A stretch of DNA of 64,000 nt, taken from the NCBI GenBank assembly GCA_028704635.1, contig JAQWFB010000001.1:133541-197540 (forward strand), read 5' to 3'. Under the pieces are notes generated by a model. The model made no database searches, was not told where the DNA came from, and worked only from the letters and a program-made list of their open reading frames with translations. The first letter of the stretch is position 1. Every line of letters begins with the position of its first letter. Below, one piece after another: positions 29,424 through 42,498 of the stretch. Source of the stretch: Candidatus Shapirobacteria bacterium. GTDB taxonomy: Bacteria > Patescibacteriota > Microgenomatia > UBA12405. The translations under genes were made by a program, and so were the position numbers.

Positions 29424-29615
29424 ATGACAAAAATTAATCTCGACCAAAACAAATGCATTGGTTGTAATACCTGTGTTCTAATGGATCCAGAAACTTTTGA
29501 AATGGATACCACTATCTACAAGGCCAAAGTTAAAAAACAACCAGAAGTAATCACTGATATTATCAAATCCGCCGTTGAGGCTTGTCCTGTCGGTGCCATT
29601 ACTATTGAACAATAA
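29424..29615 (+). CDS. Ferredoxin
   Basis: CIGCNTC...CPVGAI. Confidence 0.95.
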   Translation: MTKINLDQNKCIGCNTCVLMDPETFEMDTTIYKAKVKKQPEVITDIIKSAVEACPVGAITIEQ

Positions 29616-29634
29616 TTAATAATTAAAAATTAAT

Positions 29635-30699
29635 ATGATCAAAACTAAAAAAACAATTAAAAAAAATAGTTCTCCAAAAACTATAAAAGAATTAAATAAA
29701 ATTTACATAAAAGTCCCTCTAGTCGGGGTTATTCTTTTCTTACTACTATTAGTTGCTGCTTCTTTCGCTGCTGGTTTCTCTTTAGTCAAAATTAAAAGTG
29801 GTGATAGCTCAACAACATCTACTGATACCAAATTAACCTCTGATAATATCTTTGACGCCGACGACACAGAAAAACCAGAATTAGATTTTTATGTTATGAG
29901 TTTCTGTCCATACGGTAATCAAATGGAAACTACTCTTCGCCCTGTCTTTGATCTTCTTGGCGACAAAGTTACCATTAAACCTCGTTATATTTTTGAAAAA
30001 ATTGAGGGAGACTTAGCCACCTACTGTAAAAACAGCAGTCCAGACGCAACCAACTGTGCTACTTATGTTAAAAACAGTAACGGTCAACTTAAAGATGTTA
30101 CTGATTGCAAAGACCAAATAGCCGCCATGGTTAAAAAATGTAACAATGAGAGTCAATATTTAAAAATCGGTAACAATTTGTATACCTCTCTTCACGGACG
30201 AATCGAAGCCAATCAAGACGTTCGAGAACTTTGTGCCTACAACGTAGCTGACAATAAAAAACTTTGGTGGGATTTCGTCAAAAACGTCAACGATAACTGC
30301 ACTGTCCAAAACGCTGACACTTGCTGGGAAGAACAAGCCACCAAAGCTGGTCTTGACACCAATAAAATCACTGAGTGTTTTAACAAAGACGCAGCTACTT
30401 TAATTGAAGCAGAAATTGCTGATACTACCAAAAATAAAATTTCTGGATCTCCAACTTTAATGATCGGAAGCAAAAATTTTCCACCTGAAATTAGTAAAAC
30501 TTCCACCGATCAAAACATTAAAATTGGAAAAGAAGTCTTTACTTTGGCCAGTGCTCGCACCTCAAACGTAATTAAAACCGCTCTTTGTACTGGTTTTAAG
30601 AATCAACCGAAAGAGTGTAATACTAAAATAGAAGAAGCAGTTGCTGCCACTAATGGCCAACCTGCTGCTGCAGTCGCTGCTGGTGGTGGTTGTCAATAA
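29635..30699 (+). CDS. Membrane-anchored thioredoxin-fold (DsbA-like) protein
   Basis: MSFCPYG, SLHG..E, GSPTL. Confidence 0.7.
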   Translation: MIKTKKTIKKNSSPKTIKELNKIYIKVPLVGVILFLLLLVAASFAAGFSLVKIKSGDSSTTSTDTKLTSDNIFDADDTEKPELDFYVMSFCPYGNQMETTLRPVFDLLGDKVTIKPRYIFEKIEGDLATYCKNSSPDATNCATYVKNSNGQLKDVTDCKDQIAAMVKKCNNESQYLKIGNNLYTSLHGRIEANQDVRELCAYNVADNKKLWWDFVKNVNDNCTVQNADTCWEEQATKAGLDTNKITECFNKDAATLIEAEIADTTKNKISGSPTLMIGSKNFPPEISKTSTDQNIKIGKEVFTLASARTSNVIKTALCTGFKNQPKECNTKIEEAVAATNGQPAAAVAAGGGCQ

Positions 30700-30712
30700 T
30701 TTGTTAAAAATT

Positions 30713-30739
30713 AAAAACCCCGCACCTGCGGGGTTTTTT
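30713..30739 (+). terminator. Rho-independent terminator
   Basis: AAAAACCCCGCA-CC-TGCGGGGTTTTTT. Confidence 0.8.
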
Positions 30740-30753
30740 GTTATAATTTATTT

Positions 30754-31296
30754 ATGAAACTTAACTCGCATCAAATTAGAAAATCCAAAATAGAGGAGTC
30801 AGAAAAACTTCAAAAACAAATCAAAAGAAACCCTATTGTTTTAGTTTTAGACAATGTCCTCGACACTTATAACATCGGTTCTTTTTTTCGCTTGGCTGAT
30901 GCCTTAGCAGTTGAAAAAATCTGTCTTTGTGGCCCTGTTGTTACTCCCCCAAATATAAAAATTCACCGCGCCTCGATTGGTACTTGGAAATGGGTTCCTT
31001 GGGAGCAATATCAAAACACCAAAGAATGTATTGAACAACTCAAAAAATATGGTTATCAAATAATTGCTTGTGAACAAACCAAAGATAGTGTTAATTATTT
31101 AGATGCCAAATATAAATTTCCAGTCGCCATAATCGCTGGCAGTGAATCTTTTGGAATTTCTAAAGATGTTTTAAAATTAGTTGATAAAGTAGTAGAAATA
31201 CCTATGTTTGGGATAAATATCTCTCTAAATGTTTTAGTTGCCACCTCGGTCATTAGTTTTAATGTTGTATCTAAACTTACACATAAAAAAGCCTAA
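30754..31296 (+). CDS. TrmH/SpoU RNA methyltransferase
   Basis: LDNV...NIGS.FR, GSESFG, IPMFG...SLNV. Confidence 0.9.
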   Translation: MKLNSHQIRKSKIEESEKLQKQIKRNPIVLVLDNVLDTYNIGSFFRLADALAVEKICLCGPVVTPPNIKIHRASIGTWKWVPWEQYQNTKECIEQLKKYGYQIIACEQTKDSVNYLDAKYKFPVAIIAGSESFGISKDVLKLVDKVVEIPMFGINISLNVLVATSVISFNVVSKLTHKKA

Positions 31297-31399
31297 GGTT
31301 AGGCATTTTTTTAAAATCTTTTTTAGATAATTTTTAATAAAAATTTATCCTAAAGATAGGAATATTTTGCTTATTGTAAAGCTAATTTTGCCCTGTTAA

Positions 31400-33352
<1,953 letters not shown>

Positions 33353-33363
33353 AAAACAAAAAT

Positions 33364-36003
33364 ATGGCCGCAACAATCCAAGATCCAAACAGAACCAACC
33401 CTATTGGCAAAATTCTCGAAGTTGATATCGTTCCAGAAATGGAAACCTCTTATCTTGACTATGCCATGTCAGTTATCGTTTCACGAGCCTTACCTGATGT
33501 CAGAGATGGTCTTAAACCAGTTCATCGTCGCATAATTTACGACATGGATAAAATGGGTCTCGGCAGTGGCGGAAAAACTTGTAAATCTGCTAAAGTTGTC
33601 GGTGATGTTTTAGGTAAATACCATCCACATGGTGATATGTCTGTCTATGGTGCTCTTGTCCGTTTAGCTCAAGATTTCTCCATGCGCTACACTCTCGTCA
33701 AAGGTCAAGGAAACTTCGGTTCAATCGATGGTGATCCTCCAGCCGCTATGCGTTATACCGAAGTTAAAATGGATAAAATCAGCACTGAAATAGTGGCTGA
33801 TATGAATAAAGAAACCGTTGATATGGTCGACAATTTCGATGCCACTGAAAAAGAGCCGTCTGTCCTTCCTACTAAAATTCCAACTTTGCTTTTAAATGGT
33901 GCCGATGGTATCGCTGTTGGTATGGCTACCCGTATTCCTCCTCATAATTTAAAAGAATTATGTCAAGCTATCGATTTTGTTTTAGATCATAGTCGATTAG
34001 AAAAAATTGAAGCCAAAGAAGAATTAAATAATCTTCTAGCCCCACCTAAAAATACCCAAGAAATGGTTTTGAGACCAGCTTTTGAGTTAGCTAAAGAACA
34101 TTTTAATTTTGAAACCAATGCCAATGTCGAAGATTTAGTCAAGTTTGTCCAAGGACCAGATTTTCCCACTGCTGGAGAAATTTATGGAAAAACTGGCATT
34201 ATTGAAATGTATAATACTGGTCGAGGTAAATTTATAGTTCGCGGAAAAACCAATATTGAAGAAACAAAATCTGGAAAAGTCAGAATTGTTATCACCGAAT
34301 TACCTTACCAAGTTAACAAGGCTGAATTAGTCAAAAAAATTGCTGATTTAGTCCGTGATAAAAAAATCATTGGTATCTCTGATCTTCGTGACGAATCTGA
34401 TCGTCATGGTATTCGTGTTGTTATTGAAATCAAAAAAATTGGCAGACCAAAATCTGTTTTAAACAAACTCTTCAAATATACCGCTCTTCAATCATCATAT
34501 TCTGCCAATATGTTGGCATTAGTTGATAATGTTCCTCAAACCTTAAATTTACGCCAAATGCTACTTCTTTTCCTTCGTCATCGAGAAAACGTCGTTCGTC
34601 GTCGCACTATTTTTGACCTTAAAGGTGATTTAATGCGTGCCCATATTTTGGAAGGTCTCAAAAAAGCTCTCGATGTTATTGATGAAGTCATTAAGACTAT
34701 TCGTGGCACCAAACCAGATGAAGATCCAAAAGCTAAATTAATGGAAAAATTCGGATTTACCGATCTTCAGGCCCAAGCCATTCTTGAAATGCAGCTTAAA
34801 AAACTCTCTGGACTTGAAAGGCAAAAGCTTGACGATGAATATAATGAAATTGAAAAAACCATTGCTTATTTAACCTCCATCATTACCAAACCAGAAGTTA
34901 TGGTCGGTGTTCTTAAGCAAGAAAATAATGAAATCATGGAGAAATATGGTGATGTCAGAAGAACTAAAATTTATGCCCGTGGTTTGGAAGAATTTAGTGA
35001 AGAAGATTTAATTCCTAACGAAGCCGTTCTTGTCGCCCTCACCAAAACTGGCTACATTAAACGAGTCACCAAAGAAACTTACCATACTCAAAAACGCGGC
35101 GGTGTCGGTGTTGTCGGTATGACCACTAAAAACGAAGACGAAATTGAATGCATGCTTTCCGTTGATACTCATGATGATCTTTTATTTTTCACCAATCGTG
35201 GTCGAGTTTTCAAAACCAAGGTCTGGGATGTCCAAGAAGGAACTAGACAAGCCAAAGGTCAAGCTGTTGTTAATTTAATTAACACCATCCAAGGTGAAAC
35301 TGTTCAAACAATTCTTCCTATAGGCAAAAACACCAAAGCCAAATTCATTTTACTTGCCACTAAAAATGGTGTTGTCAAAAAGACTTCTATTGATAAATTT
35401 AAGAATATTCGTCAAACCGGTTTAGCCGCTATCAAACTAGATACTAATGATCAACTTATTTGGGCCAAACTAACTGAAGGTGACAATCAAATCTTCTTAG
35501 TTACTAAAAATGGTAAATGTATCCGTTTCGATGAAAAAGATTGTCGACCAATGGGCCGTCAAACTCGTGGTGTCCGAGGTATTCTTCTTAAAGAAGGTGA
35601 TACTCTAGTTGGTATGGATGTAGTTCCAAGTGGTCTTGATAAAAAAGATAAAAGTACTTTTAGGCATCTTCTAGTCGTCACTGAAAATGGCGTCGGTAAA
35701 AGAACTGATGTTTATCTTTACCCCTCCCAAAAACGAGGTGGTATTGGTATTAAAGTAGCCAATCTTAGTGTTAAATCTGGTAAAATCGCTGCTGCCCAAG
35801 TCGTTTCTGAAATTGATGAATTAGTAGTCTTGGTTTCTAAAAAAGCCATCACTATTAAACTTCCTTTAAAAAATATTCCGACACTAAGCCGTAATACCAA
35901 AGGCGTAATCCTTATGCGTTTCAAATCAACTGATGATAAATTAAGTGCTATGACCATCATCGATAAAAACGATTCCGCTGTGGAAGATGAAAAAATAAAA
36001 TAA
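33364..36003 (+). CDS. gyrA: DNA gyrase subunit A
   Basis: [19 protein letters not shown], GyrA-box QKRGGVG. Confidence 0.97.
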   Translation: MAATIQDPNRTNPIGKILEVDIVPEMETSYLDYAMSVIVSRALPDVRDGLKPVHRRIIYDMDKMGLGSGGKTCKSAKVVGDVLGKYHPHGDMSVYGALVRLAQDFSMRYTLVKGQGNFGSIDGDPPAAMRYTEVKMDKISTEIVADMNKETVDMVDNFDATEKEPSVLPTKIPTLLLNGADGIAVGMATRIPPHNLKELCQAIDFVLDHSRLEKIEAKEELNNLLAPPKNTQEMVLRPAFELAKEHFNFETNANVEDLVKFVQGPDFPTAGEIYGKTGIIEMYNTGRGKFIVRGKTNIEETKSGKVRIVITELPYQVNKAELVKKIADLVRDKKIIGISDLRDESDRHGIRVVIEIKKIGRPKSVLNKLFKYTALQSSYSANMLALVDNVPQTLNLRQMLLLFLRHRENVVRRRTIFDLKGDLMRAHILEGLKKALDVIDEVIKTIRGTKPDEDPKAKLMEKFGFTDLQAQAILEMQLKKLSGLERQKLDDEYNEIEKTIAYLTSIITKPEVMVGVLKQENNEIMEKYGDVRRTKIYARGLEEFSEEDLIPNEAVLVALTKTGYIKRVTKETYHTQKRGGVGVVGMTTKNEDEIECMLSVDTHDDLLFFTNRGRVFKTKVWDVQEGTRQAKGQAVVNLINTIQGETVQTILPIGKNTKAKFILLATKNGVVKKTSIDKFKNIRQTGLAAIKLDTNDQLIWAKLTEGDNQIFLVTKNGKCIRFDEKDCRPMGRQTRGVRGILLKEGDTLVGMDVVPSGLDKKDKSTFRHLLVVTENGVGKRTDVYLYPSQKRGGIGIKVANLSVKSGKIAAAQVVSEIDELVVLVSKKAITIKLPLKNIPTLSRNTKGVILMRFKSTDDKLSAMTIIDKNDSAVEDEKIK

Positions 36004-36014
36004 ATTTGTTTTAT

Positions 36015-36044
36015 TGTATCGGTCAGGTATGCCTGCCCGATACA
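36015..36044. repeat. Degenerate REP-like palindrome after gyrA
   Basis: TGTATCGGTCAGGTATGCCTGCCCGATACA. Confidence 0.6.
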
Positions 36045-36084
36045 TATTTTCTGATACTATAAGACATACACATTTAATAAGTAC

Positions 36085-36117
36085 ATATTAGCAATCAATT
36101 GTATTGATTGCTAATAT
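36085..36117. repeat. Perfect 15-bp inverted repeat
   Basis: ATATTAGCAATCAAT-TGT-ATTGATTGCTAATAT. Confidence 0.8.
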
Positions 36118-36243
36118 ACCCCATATTTTTACTTTTACCCTAATTTAGGGATAAATTTGCCATTGATTAAATCAAAAAATATCAAAACGGTGCAGGGGAG
36201 TCAAATTCCGAAATTTTGCCCTACTATAGGGTAGAGGATAATT

Positions 36244-37188
36244 CTATTTTTCCGCCCGATTACCACTATGAAATTTTTCATGAACTTCTCGTAATCTAGC
36301 GTCTGTCACATGGGTGTAAATTTGAGTCGTAGCAATATTTTTATGACCCAAAAGTTCTTGGACCGATCTCAAGTCCGCCCCAGATCGAAGCAAATCAGTT
36401 GCCATTGAATGTCTTAACGTATGAGGGGTAGCATCTACTGGCAAATTTGCTGCTTTGACATAATGTTTCACTAATCTTTGCACCGACCTAGCTGTTAATC
36501 TAACTTTTTCCTCACTCGCCGGAATTTCATTTGGCCTCAAGACTCTACTAAACAGGGGTTTATATTTATCTTCTCGACTCATTAAATATTTTGCGACATA
36601 GTCGGCGGCTTGTTTAGAAATAAAAACCACTCTCGCTCTTCCACCTTTTCCAATCACTCCAAATTCTCTAGTTTTTAAATTAATTTGATCACGATTTAAA
36701 TGAACCAATTCAGAAACCCGCAATCCCGTTGAAAATAAAAGTTCCAAAATAGCTCTGTCTCTAAAACCATTTTTACTAGAGGGGAGTGGTTGGACTAAAA
36801 GTCTCCCCATTTGTTGGGCATCTAAAAACTTTAATGAATGATCCTTGACTTTAGGTACATCTAATTTTTCCGGCTGTAAAACTTTATAATCATTTTTAAT
36901 CAGCCATTTTAAAAACGATCGCAGTGCAATCACATAATACCCTTGGGTTACCAATTTCATTTCACCAGCAGTTCCTTTCTGTCGAGCTAAAAACAATCTA
37001 AATCTTCTTACCACATCACTAGTTATATTATTAGTTGTTATCTTTTTATCTTTATTCTCTTCAGATAAAAATTTCACTAAAACTTCTAAATAATGTTGAT
37101 AATTTCTAATCGTCAATCTCGAACAATTTTTTTCAATTTCCAAGTGCTCCAAAAACCGCCTTATCAAAATATTCAAATCATTTTCCAT
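36244..37188 (-). CDS. XerC/XerD-family tyrosine recombinase
   Basis: [27 protein letters not shown]; SAM-like N-domain. Confidence 0.95.
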   Translation of the reverse strand: MENDLNILIRRFLEHLEIEKNCSRLTIRNYQHYLEVLVKFLSEENKDKKITTNNITSDVVRRFRLFLARQKGTAGEMKLVTQGYYVIALRSFLKWLIKNDYKVLQPEKLDVPKVKDHSLKFLDAQQMGRLLVQPLPSSKNGFRDRAILELLFSTGLRVSELVHLNRDQINLKTREFGVIGKGGRARVVFISKQAADYVAKYLMSREDKYKPLFSRVLRPNEIPASEEKVRLTARSVQRLVKHYVKAANLPVDATPHTLRHSMATDLLRSGADLRSVQELLGHKNIATTQIYTHVTDARLREVHEKFHSGNRAEK

Positions 37189-37206
37189 ATAACCTATCTT
37201 AACACT

Positions 37207-38082
37207 TTATTTAGAAAAACTTACTGCCACTGCCGTTAAATCATCGTGTGGCTTAAATCTGGGATATTTAACAAAATCCAAATCAGCATTTTCTGTTTCT
37301 CTTACATATTTTTTCACCGCTTCCAAACCTCCTTGTAAAAATAATTCTGTCCATTTTTCAAAATCATCATCTTTTTCTGGAGCAGGGTTGGGGATTAGTA
37401 TTCCATCAGTTAGACAAATAATGTGTTTAATTCCATTCAAACTCTCTCTCCCCGACTTTAAAAAATTAATCATTCCCTCATCACCATCAATTTTTCCGTA
37501 AAAACCGGGTTTATTCATATATCTTCTTACTCTTATTTTATCTGCCTCAAATAATTCATTTTTTTGAGGATTATCTTCTTCATTAAGTTTTTTCCATAAA
37601 ACTAAGGACTCTTTATCATGATCATAATCATTTACTAAAAGTTTATGTTTACCATCCTCATAAATTACCAAAATAAGACTGTCATCAACTTGAACCCAAT
37701 CAAAGTTATTTTCTTCTAAATTCAATTTAATTACTGCTGCTGTAGTACAAAATACATTTAATTTATCAGACATATCAATATTCAATTCTTCCATTTTAGC
37801 TTTTACCGCTTCATTAGCTTTTTTAGCCAATTTAATTAAATTTACATCATCTTCCAAAAATATTTTTTTACTTATTTGAGCTGCTATCGCTCCACCAGAA
37901 TTTCCATTTTCATCAAAGTATTTCACTAAACCAGTTGCTCCATCAAAAACACCAAAAATATTATCTCCTATTAAAAAATCATCTTCATTAATAGAACCAC
38001 TTCCTTTGTCATTTATATACTCTACAATAATTTCCCTCTCATTTAATTTTTCATCAAAATAATTCTCCGTCTCTTTTTTCAT
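37207..38082 (-). CDS. PP2C-like phosphatase domain protein
   Basis: NED, VFDGAT, LTDG, DDLTAV. Confidence 0.8.
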   Translation of the reverse strand: MKKETENYFDEKLNEREIIVEYINDKGSGSINEDDFLIGDNIFGVFDGATGLVKYFDENGNSGGAIAAQISKKIFLEDDVNLIKLAKKANEAVKAKMEELNIDMSDKLNVFCTTAAVIKLNLEENNFDWVQVDDSLILVIYEDGKHKLLVNDYDHDKESLVLWKKLNEEDNPQKNELFEADKIRVRRYMNKPGFYGKIDGDEGMINFLKSGRESLNGIKHIICLTDGILIPNPAPEKDDDFEKWTELFLQGGLEAVKKYVRETENADLDFVKYPRFKPHDDLTAVAVSFSK

Positions 38083-38446
38083 TCAATATAAATTATAACA
38101 AACATTTAACAGTTTCTGTCGACAGATCCATTTAATTTATTAAATAAGACGTAAAAGTAATCGGATATTTTTTAATCTTCATTTCTAGGGGCTCTAATGA
38201 CGTCTTAGGTTCATTTTGCCTAATTTTAGGCATAATCATTAAAATTCCCTCTCCAAAACCGCACAGGGGAGTCAAGTATTAAATTTTAAACCAAGAAGCC
38301 ATTTATAAGGCAGGCCAGCCAAACAGGGAATTTATTTATTAATTAATTATTAAAAATAAATAAATAAAGATCTGGCCAAATTAAAAGAAAAAATAAAATT
38401 TTAAAAAAGACAAAAACAGTACTCCCCCTACCTAACTCTTTAGTTA

Positions 38447-38474
38447 GTGTCGCAAAAGATACATTGTGCGACAT
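38447..38474. other. dif-like Xer recombination site (11-6-11)
   Basis: Minus strand reads ATGTCGCACAA-TGTATC-TTTTGCGACAC, versus E. coli dif GGTGCGCATAA-TGTATA-TTATGTTAAAT. Lies 1.3 kb from the xer gene. Confidence 0.55.
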
Positions 38475-38946
38475 AGCAAATTTAACCACCTTCTGCTAGG
38501 AGATAGGTATTAAAACTCTTCTCTCTCCCTCAGCATTTTTCGGTTAATTAATTAATTGCCATTAATTATATTTCCATTAATTAACTCTTACTCCTCCCTC
38601 TTGGGCAGTCCTCTTTGATACATTCGGTAAAAAATAGGTTTTCCACATAGACTATATCACACTATATCACCTGCTCCGTGAAAACTATAGGATATTTCGT
38701 GAAAATATTATAGGATGTTGTATATTATAGGACTCCCCTCCACCCTACCTATTTGGCCTTAAAAAAAATTAAAAAATCATTAACTTTAAATTAAAATACC
38801 CGCTTTTGAACCTAAATCCGTTTTTTTATATATAAAAAATAATCCACGATCTATCATCTACGACCTAAATCCTAATCAATCCCCAATTCCCCTATTTTAA
38901 GAACAAAAATCATCAAATTTAGCCTATTTTTCCAGTAAATTTATAT

Positions 38947-40707
38947 TTACTTAATAAATCCGCCAACCTGTATCTCCCAAAGTTTTCTATAAACACCATT
39001 CTCCTTCCTAATCAATTTTTCATGAGTTCCATCTTCAACAATTTTCTTATTTTTTATCACCACAATTCTATCAACCTTTTTAATCGTCGATAGTCTATGA
39101 GCAATCACAATCACTGTTTTATTTTTCATTAACTCATTTAATGAATCCTGGATAAATTTCTCTGATTCAGAATCTAAACTAGAAGTTGCCTCATCCATTA
39201 CCAAAATCGGCGCATTCCTTAAAATTGCCCTAGCAATCGCCACTCTTTGACGTTCCCCACCAGAAAGCTTTATTCCCCTTTCTCCTACAAAAGTTTCATA
39301 ACCTTTTTCCAATTTTGAAATAAATTCATCACAATGGGCCAGCTTTGCCGCTCTAAAAACCTCTTCATTAGTTGCGTCGAATTTACCATATCTTATATTT
39401 TCCATTAAACTTCTATGAAATAAAATCGGATCTTGTGGTACTAAACTTACTTTATCTCTAAGACTCTCTTGAGTAACTTTAGAAATATCTTGTCCATCAA
39501 TCAATATTTTGCCTTCTTGAACATCAAACATTCTCAATAATAATTTAGTCAAAGTAGTTTTGCCGGCTCCTGAAATTCCCACCAAAGCCACGGTCTCTTT
39601 CGGCTGTATTTCTAAATTAAAATTATCAATCACCTTAATTTCATTTTCATAACCAAATCCAACTTCCTCAAATTTTACTCCTCCACTGCTTACCACCAAA
39701 TCGGCCGCATTTTTAACATCAGTAATTTCATAAGGTGTATCTAAAATAATTATCATTTCTTCTGCTTCCGCCAATCGTTCATATATTCTACTAATCACCT
39801 TTCCAAAATTCCAAACCATTCCCATCACTAAAATAATATACGACTGAATTAAAACAAAATCACCCACAGTTAAAATATTTTTATTCCACAATTTAATTGC
39901 AAAATAAAAAATTCCCACTTCTAAAAATACAGACAAAAGCGACTGTAATCCATAAAACTTAGCACTTAAATTCCAACAAAATTTTCTTATTTTATGTAAT
40001 TTTTCTGCTAAGTCAGAAAAACCTTTATTTTCTTTTTTATGTCCATTAAATAATTTAATATTTATATTATTAGTCACCGTATCCGCTAAAAAACTACTTG
40101 TCGCCGTCTCCGTCTCACTTCTTTCAATATCATACTTCAATTTAATCTTAATAAAAATCCAATTAATAACTAAAAACAAAATTATCCAAGCCAACATGCC
40201 TAATCCTAAAAAGATATTTATTTTTGTTAAAATCACAGTAATTAGTAATATTTTCGTAAAAGAAGGCAGTAATTCATAAAAAAATTGATCTGCCAAGACT
40301 TCAAAAGCAGCCACAAACCCTTTAGTTTTTTTAACCACCGAACCAGTAAAAGTATTGGAAAAATACGCAAAAGAATGTTTATGTAAATAATTAAAACATT
40401 TTTTACTCAAATCAGTCATCACTCTCGATTCCAAAAAATTCAAAGTGAAAAAAGCCACCCTCCAAAACAACCATTCCATCAATTTTAATAATCCCATCAT
40501 CATTAAAACCGACAACAACATTTTAGCCACCAAAGTCTTATCTTCACCACTAGTTAAAACATTAAAAAAATTCTTGTAATACAAAGGAATAATTGAATTC
40601 AAAACAGAGCCAATAATTATCGATCCCATCAACAAAAACATCCACCATTTATAATTACTCATGGTTTCCAAATAATATTTCAATATTTTTTTAGTGTTTT
40701 CTTTCAT
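38947..40707 (-). CDS. ABC exporter, fused permease/ATPase
   Basis: 6 TM + GISGAGKTT, LSGGERQR, DEATS. Confidence 0.95.
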   Translation of the reverse strand: MKENTKKILKYYLETMSNYKWWMFLLMGSIIIGSVLNSIIPLYYKNFFNVLTSGEDKTLVAKMLLSVLMMMGLLKLMEWLFWRVAFFTLNFLESRVMTDLSKKCFNYLHKHSFAYFSNTFTGSVVKKTKGFVAAFEVLADQFFYELLPSFTKILLITVILTKINIFLGLGMLAWIILFLVINWIFIKIKLKYDIERSETETATSSFLADTVTNNINIKLFNGHKKENKGFSDLAEKLHKIRKFCWNLSAKFYGLQSLLSVFLEVGIFYFAIKLWNKNILTVGDFVLIQSYIILVMGMVWNFGKVISRIYERLAEAEEMIIILDTPYEITDVKNAADLVVSSGGVKFEEVGFGYENEIKVIDNFNLEIQPKETVALVGISGAGKTTLTKLLLRMFDVQEGKILIDGQDISKVTQESLRDKVSLVPQDPILFHRSLMENIRYGKFDATNEEVFRAAKLAHCDEFISKLEKGYETFVGERGIKLSGGERQRVAIARAILRNAPILVMDEATSSLDSESEKFIQDSLNELMKNKTVIVIAHRLSTIKKVDRIVVIKNKKIVEDGTHEKLIRKENGVYRKLWEIQVGGFIK

Positions 40708-40764
40708 TTTTGTGGAACCTTATTATATCCTATTCCATACTTATTTTTAATATATAATACTCGA

Positions 40765-41706
40765 ATGAATCCAATTATTGAAAACATTTATAATCAATCC
40801 AAACTAAACTATAAAAAAATAGTTCTTACTGAAGGTGACGATAATAGAATCATCGAAGCAGTCAAGATTATTCGAGATCAAAAAATCGCTGATGTTATAG
40901 TTTTAGGTAAAAATTGCGACATTGATCCTGAATCTTCCCCTCTTCTTGATCAATTCACTCAAACTCTTTTTGATCTTCGAAAAGAAAAAGGCTTAACTAT
41001 AGATGAAGCCAATAAACTAGCCAAAAATCCTCTTTATTTTGGTACTTTAATGGTCCACCTCGGTCTAGCCGATGGTATGGTTTCCGGAGCCAAAAGTACT
41101 ACCGCTGAAACTTTTAAACCAGCCCTTCAAATTATTAAGGCTTCATCAACTTCAAAAATGATTTCCAGTTTTTTTATTATGGAAACCAATAATTCCAACC
41201 TTGGCGAACAAGGAATTTTATTTTTTTCCGATTGTGGTTTAAACATTAATCCTTCAGCAGAAGAACTATCAGAAATAGCCATAGAAACGGCTAAATCTTT
41301 CAACAACCTTGCTCAAAAAACTCCTCGCATTGCTATGCTTTCTTTTTCCACCAATGGCAGTGCCAAAGGCGAAATGGTCGATAAAGTAAAATTAGCCACC
41401 GATTTAGTCAAACAAAAAAATCCCAATTTAATTGTCGAAGGAGAAATGCAAGGTGATGCCGCCCTAGTTCCCGATATTTGTGACAGTAAGTTTTCTGGAA
41501 ATAATCTTCATGGTCAAGCCAATATTTTAATTTTCCCCGACCTAAATTCTGGCAACATTGCCTACAAATTAGTCCAAAGAATTGCTAATGCCAAAGCTTA
41601 TGGACCTCTATCTCAGGGTATTAAAAAACCAATCAACGATCTTTCTCGTGGATGTAGCATTGAAGATATTGTTACTACTGTCGCTATCACTTCAGTTCAA
41701 AACTAA
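40765..41706 (+). CDS. pta: Phosphate acetyltransferase
   Basis: ADGMVSGA, AMLSFST, FPDLNSGNIAYK, NDLSRG. Confidence 0.95.
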   Translation: MNPIIENIYNQSKLNYKKIVLTEGDDNRIIEAVKIIRDQKIADVIVLGKNCDIDPESSPLLDQFTQTLFDLRKEKGLTIDEANKLAKNPLYFGTLMVHLGLADGMVSGAKSTTAETFKPALQIIKASSTSKMISSFFIMETNNSNLGEQGILFFSDCGLNINPSAEELSEIAIETAKSFNNLAQKTPRIAMLSFSTNGSAKGEMVDKVKLATDLVKQKNPNLIVEGEMQGDAALVPDICDSKFSGNNLHGQANILIFPDLNSGNIAYKLVQRIANAKAYGPLSQGIKKPINDLSRGCSIEDIVTTVAITSVQN

Positions 41707-42491
41707 CTTCCCGAAATTCCAGTCAATATTATTCCCAAAATTGTCGCCACCCCCACCCACACAAAAACCAACCACGTCCTTTTAAATAACCTTCCTCTTA
41801 ATTCAGCATGCAGTAAACCGTTAATTATATAAACTATCATCACCAAATAAATTGACCCTTTAAAAATACCAACCGGCCAAAAACTTAAAATTAACGCTAT
41901 TTCTGAGACTAAAAGCGATGGCATTAAAATGTAGTACCAAATATTTTTATCTTTTCCATCATTTGCCAACTCTATTGTCACACTAAAATATATATATAAA
42001 AAAATTATTGTCGATATTGCAAAAACAAAAAGTATATTCAACCAATACGCCAATTTAAAAGAAAATAAGCTATCAAACAAAAAAAATGAAGTCAATAATA
42101 ATAAAATTAACCCAACCGTATAAGCCGCCCTATAAAGTGGTGGTGTTCTAAATCCAATAGCTACTAAAAATACATTTTCCACCAAAAACATGGCATAACA
42201 AATAAATCCAAAAAATAAACTATACATTAAACTTAGTAGTAAACTTTGAGGTAATAAAATTGCAAACAAAGCAAAACCAATAAAAAAAGCTGTCGGCATC
42301 ACCATGGACATCAAACGAATATATACACTCTTATCAAACACAATTCCTAGCCCAAACCAAAAACAAAAAACTATCAAAACAATACCTATCAATAATCCAT
42401 AATAATGAGATTCATAAGGCAGACTTAAAAAGAAATAAAAACCAATCGCTGCTAATAAAGATGAAATAAAATATTTAAATCTTTTTGACAT
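41703..42491 (-). CDS. Multi-pass membrane protein
   Basis: About 8 hydrophobic helices; ATG 42491 chosen. Confidence 0.7.
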   Translation of the reverse strand: MSKRFKYFISSLLAAIGFYFFLSLPYESHYYGLLIGIVLIVFCFWFGLGIVFDKSVYIRLMSMVMPTAFFIGFALFAILLPQSLLLSLMYSLFFGFICYAMFLVENVFLVAIGFRTPPLYRAAYTVGLILLLLTSFFLFDSLFSFKLAYWLNILFVFAISTIIFLYIYFSVTIELANDGKDKNIWYYILMPSLLVSEIALILSFWPVGIFKGSIYLVMIVYIINGLLHAELRGRLFKRTWLVFVWVGVATILGIILTGISGS

Positions 42492-42498
42492 TAATAGA

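Noticed and set aside
36244-37188. Prophage or integron integrase
   Set aside because: Housekeeping Xer-like length and motifs; no phage genes, IntI patch or attC array.
38083-38946. oriC
   Set aside because: Only one imperfect DnaA box, no dnaA nearby and no apparent skew inversion.
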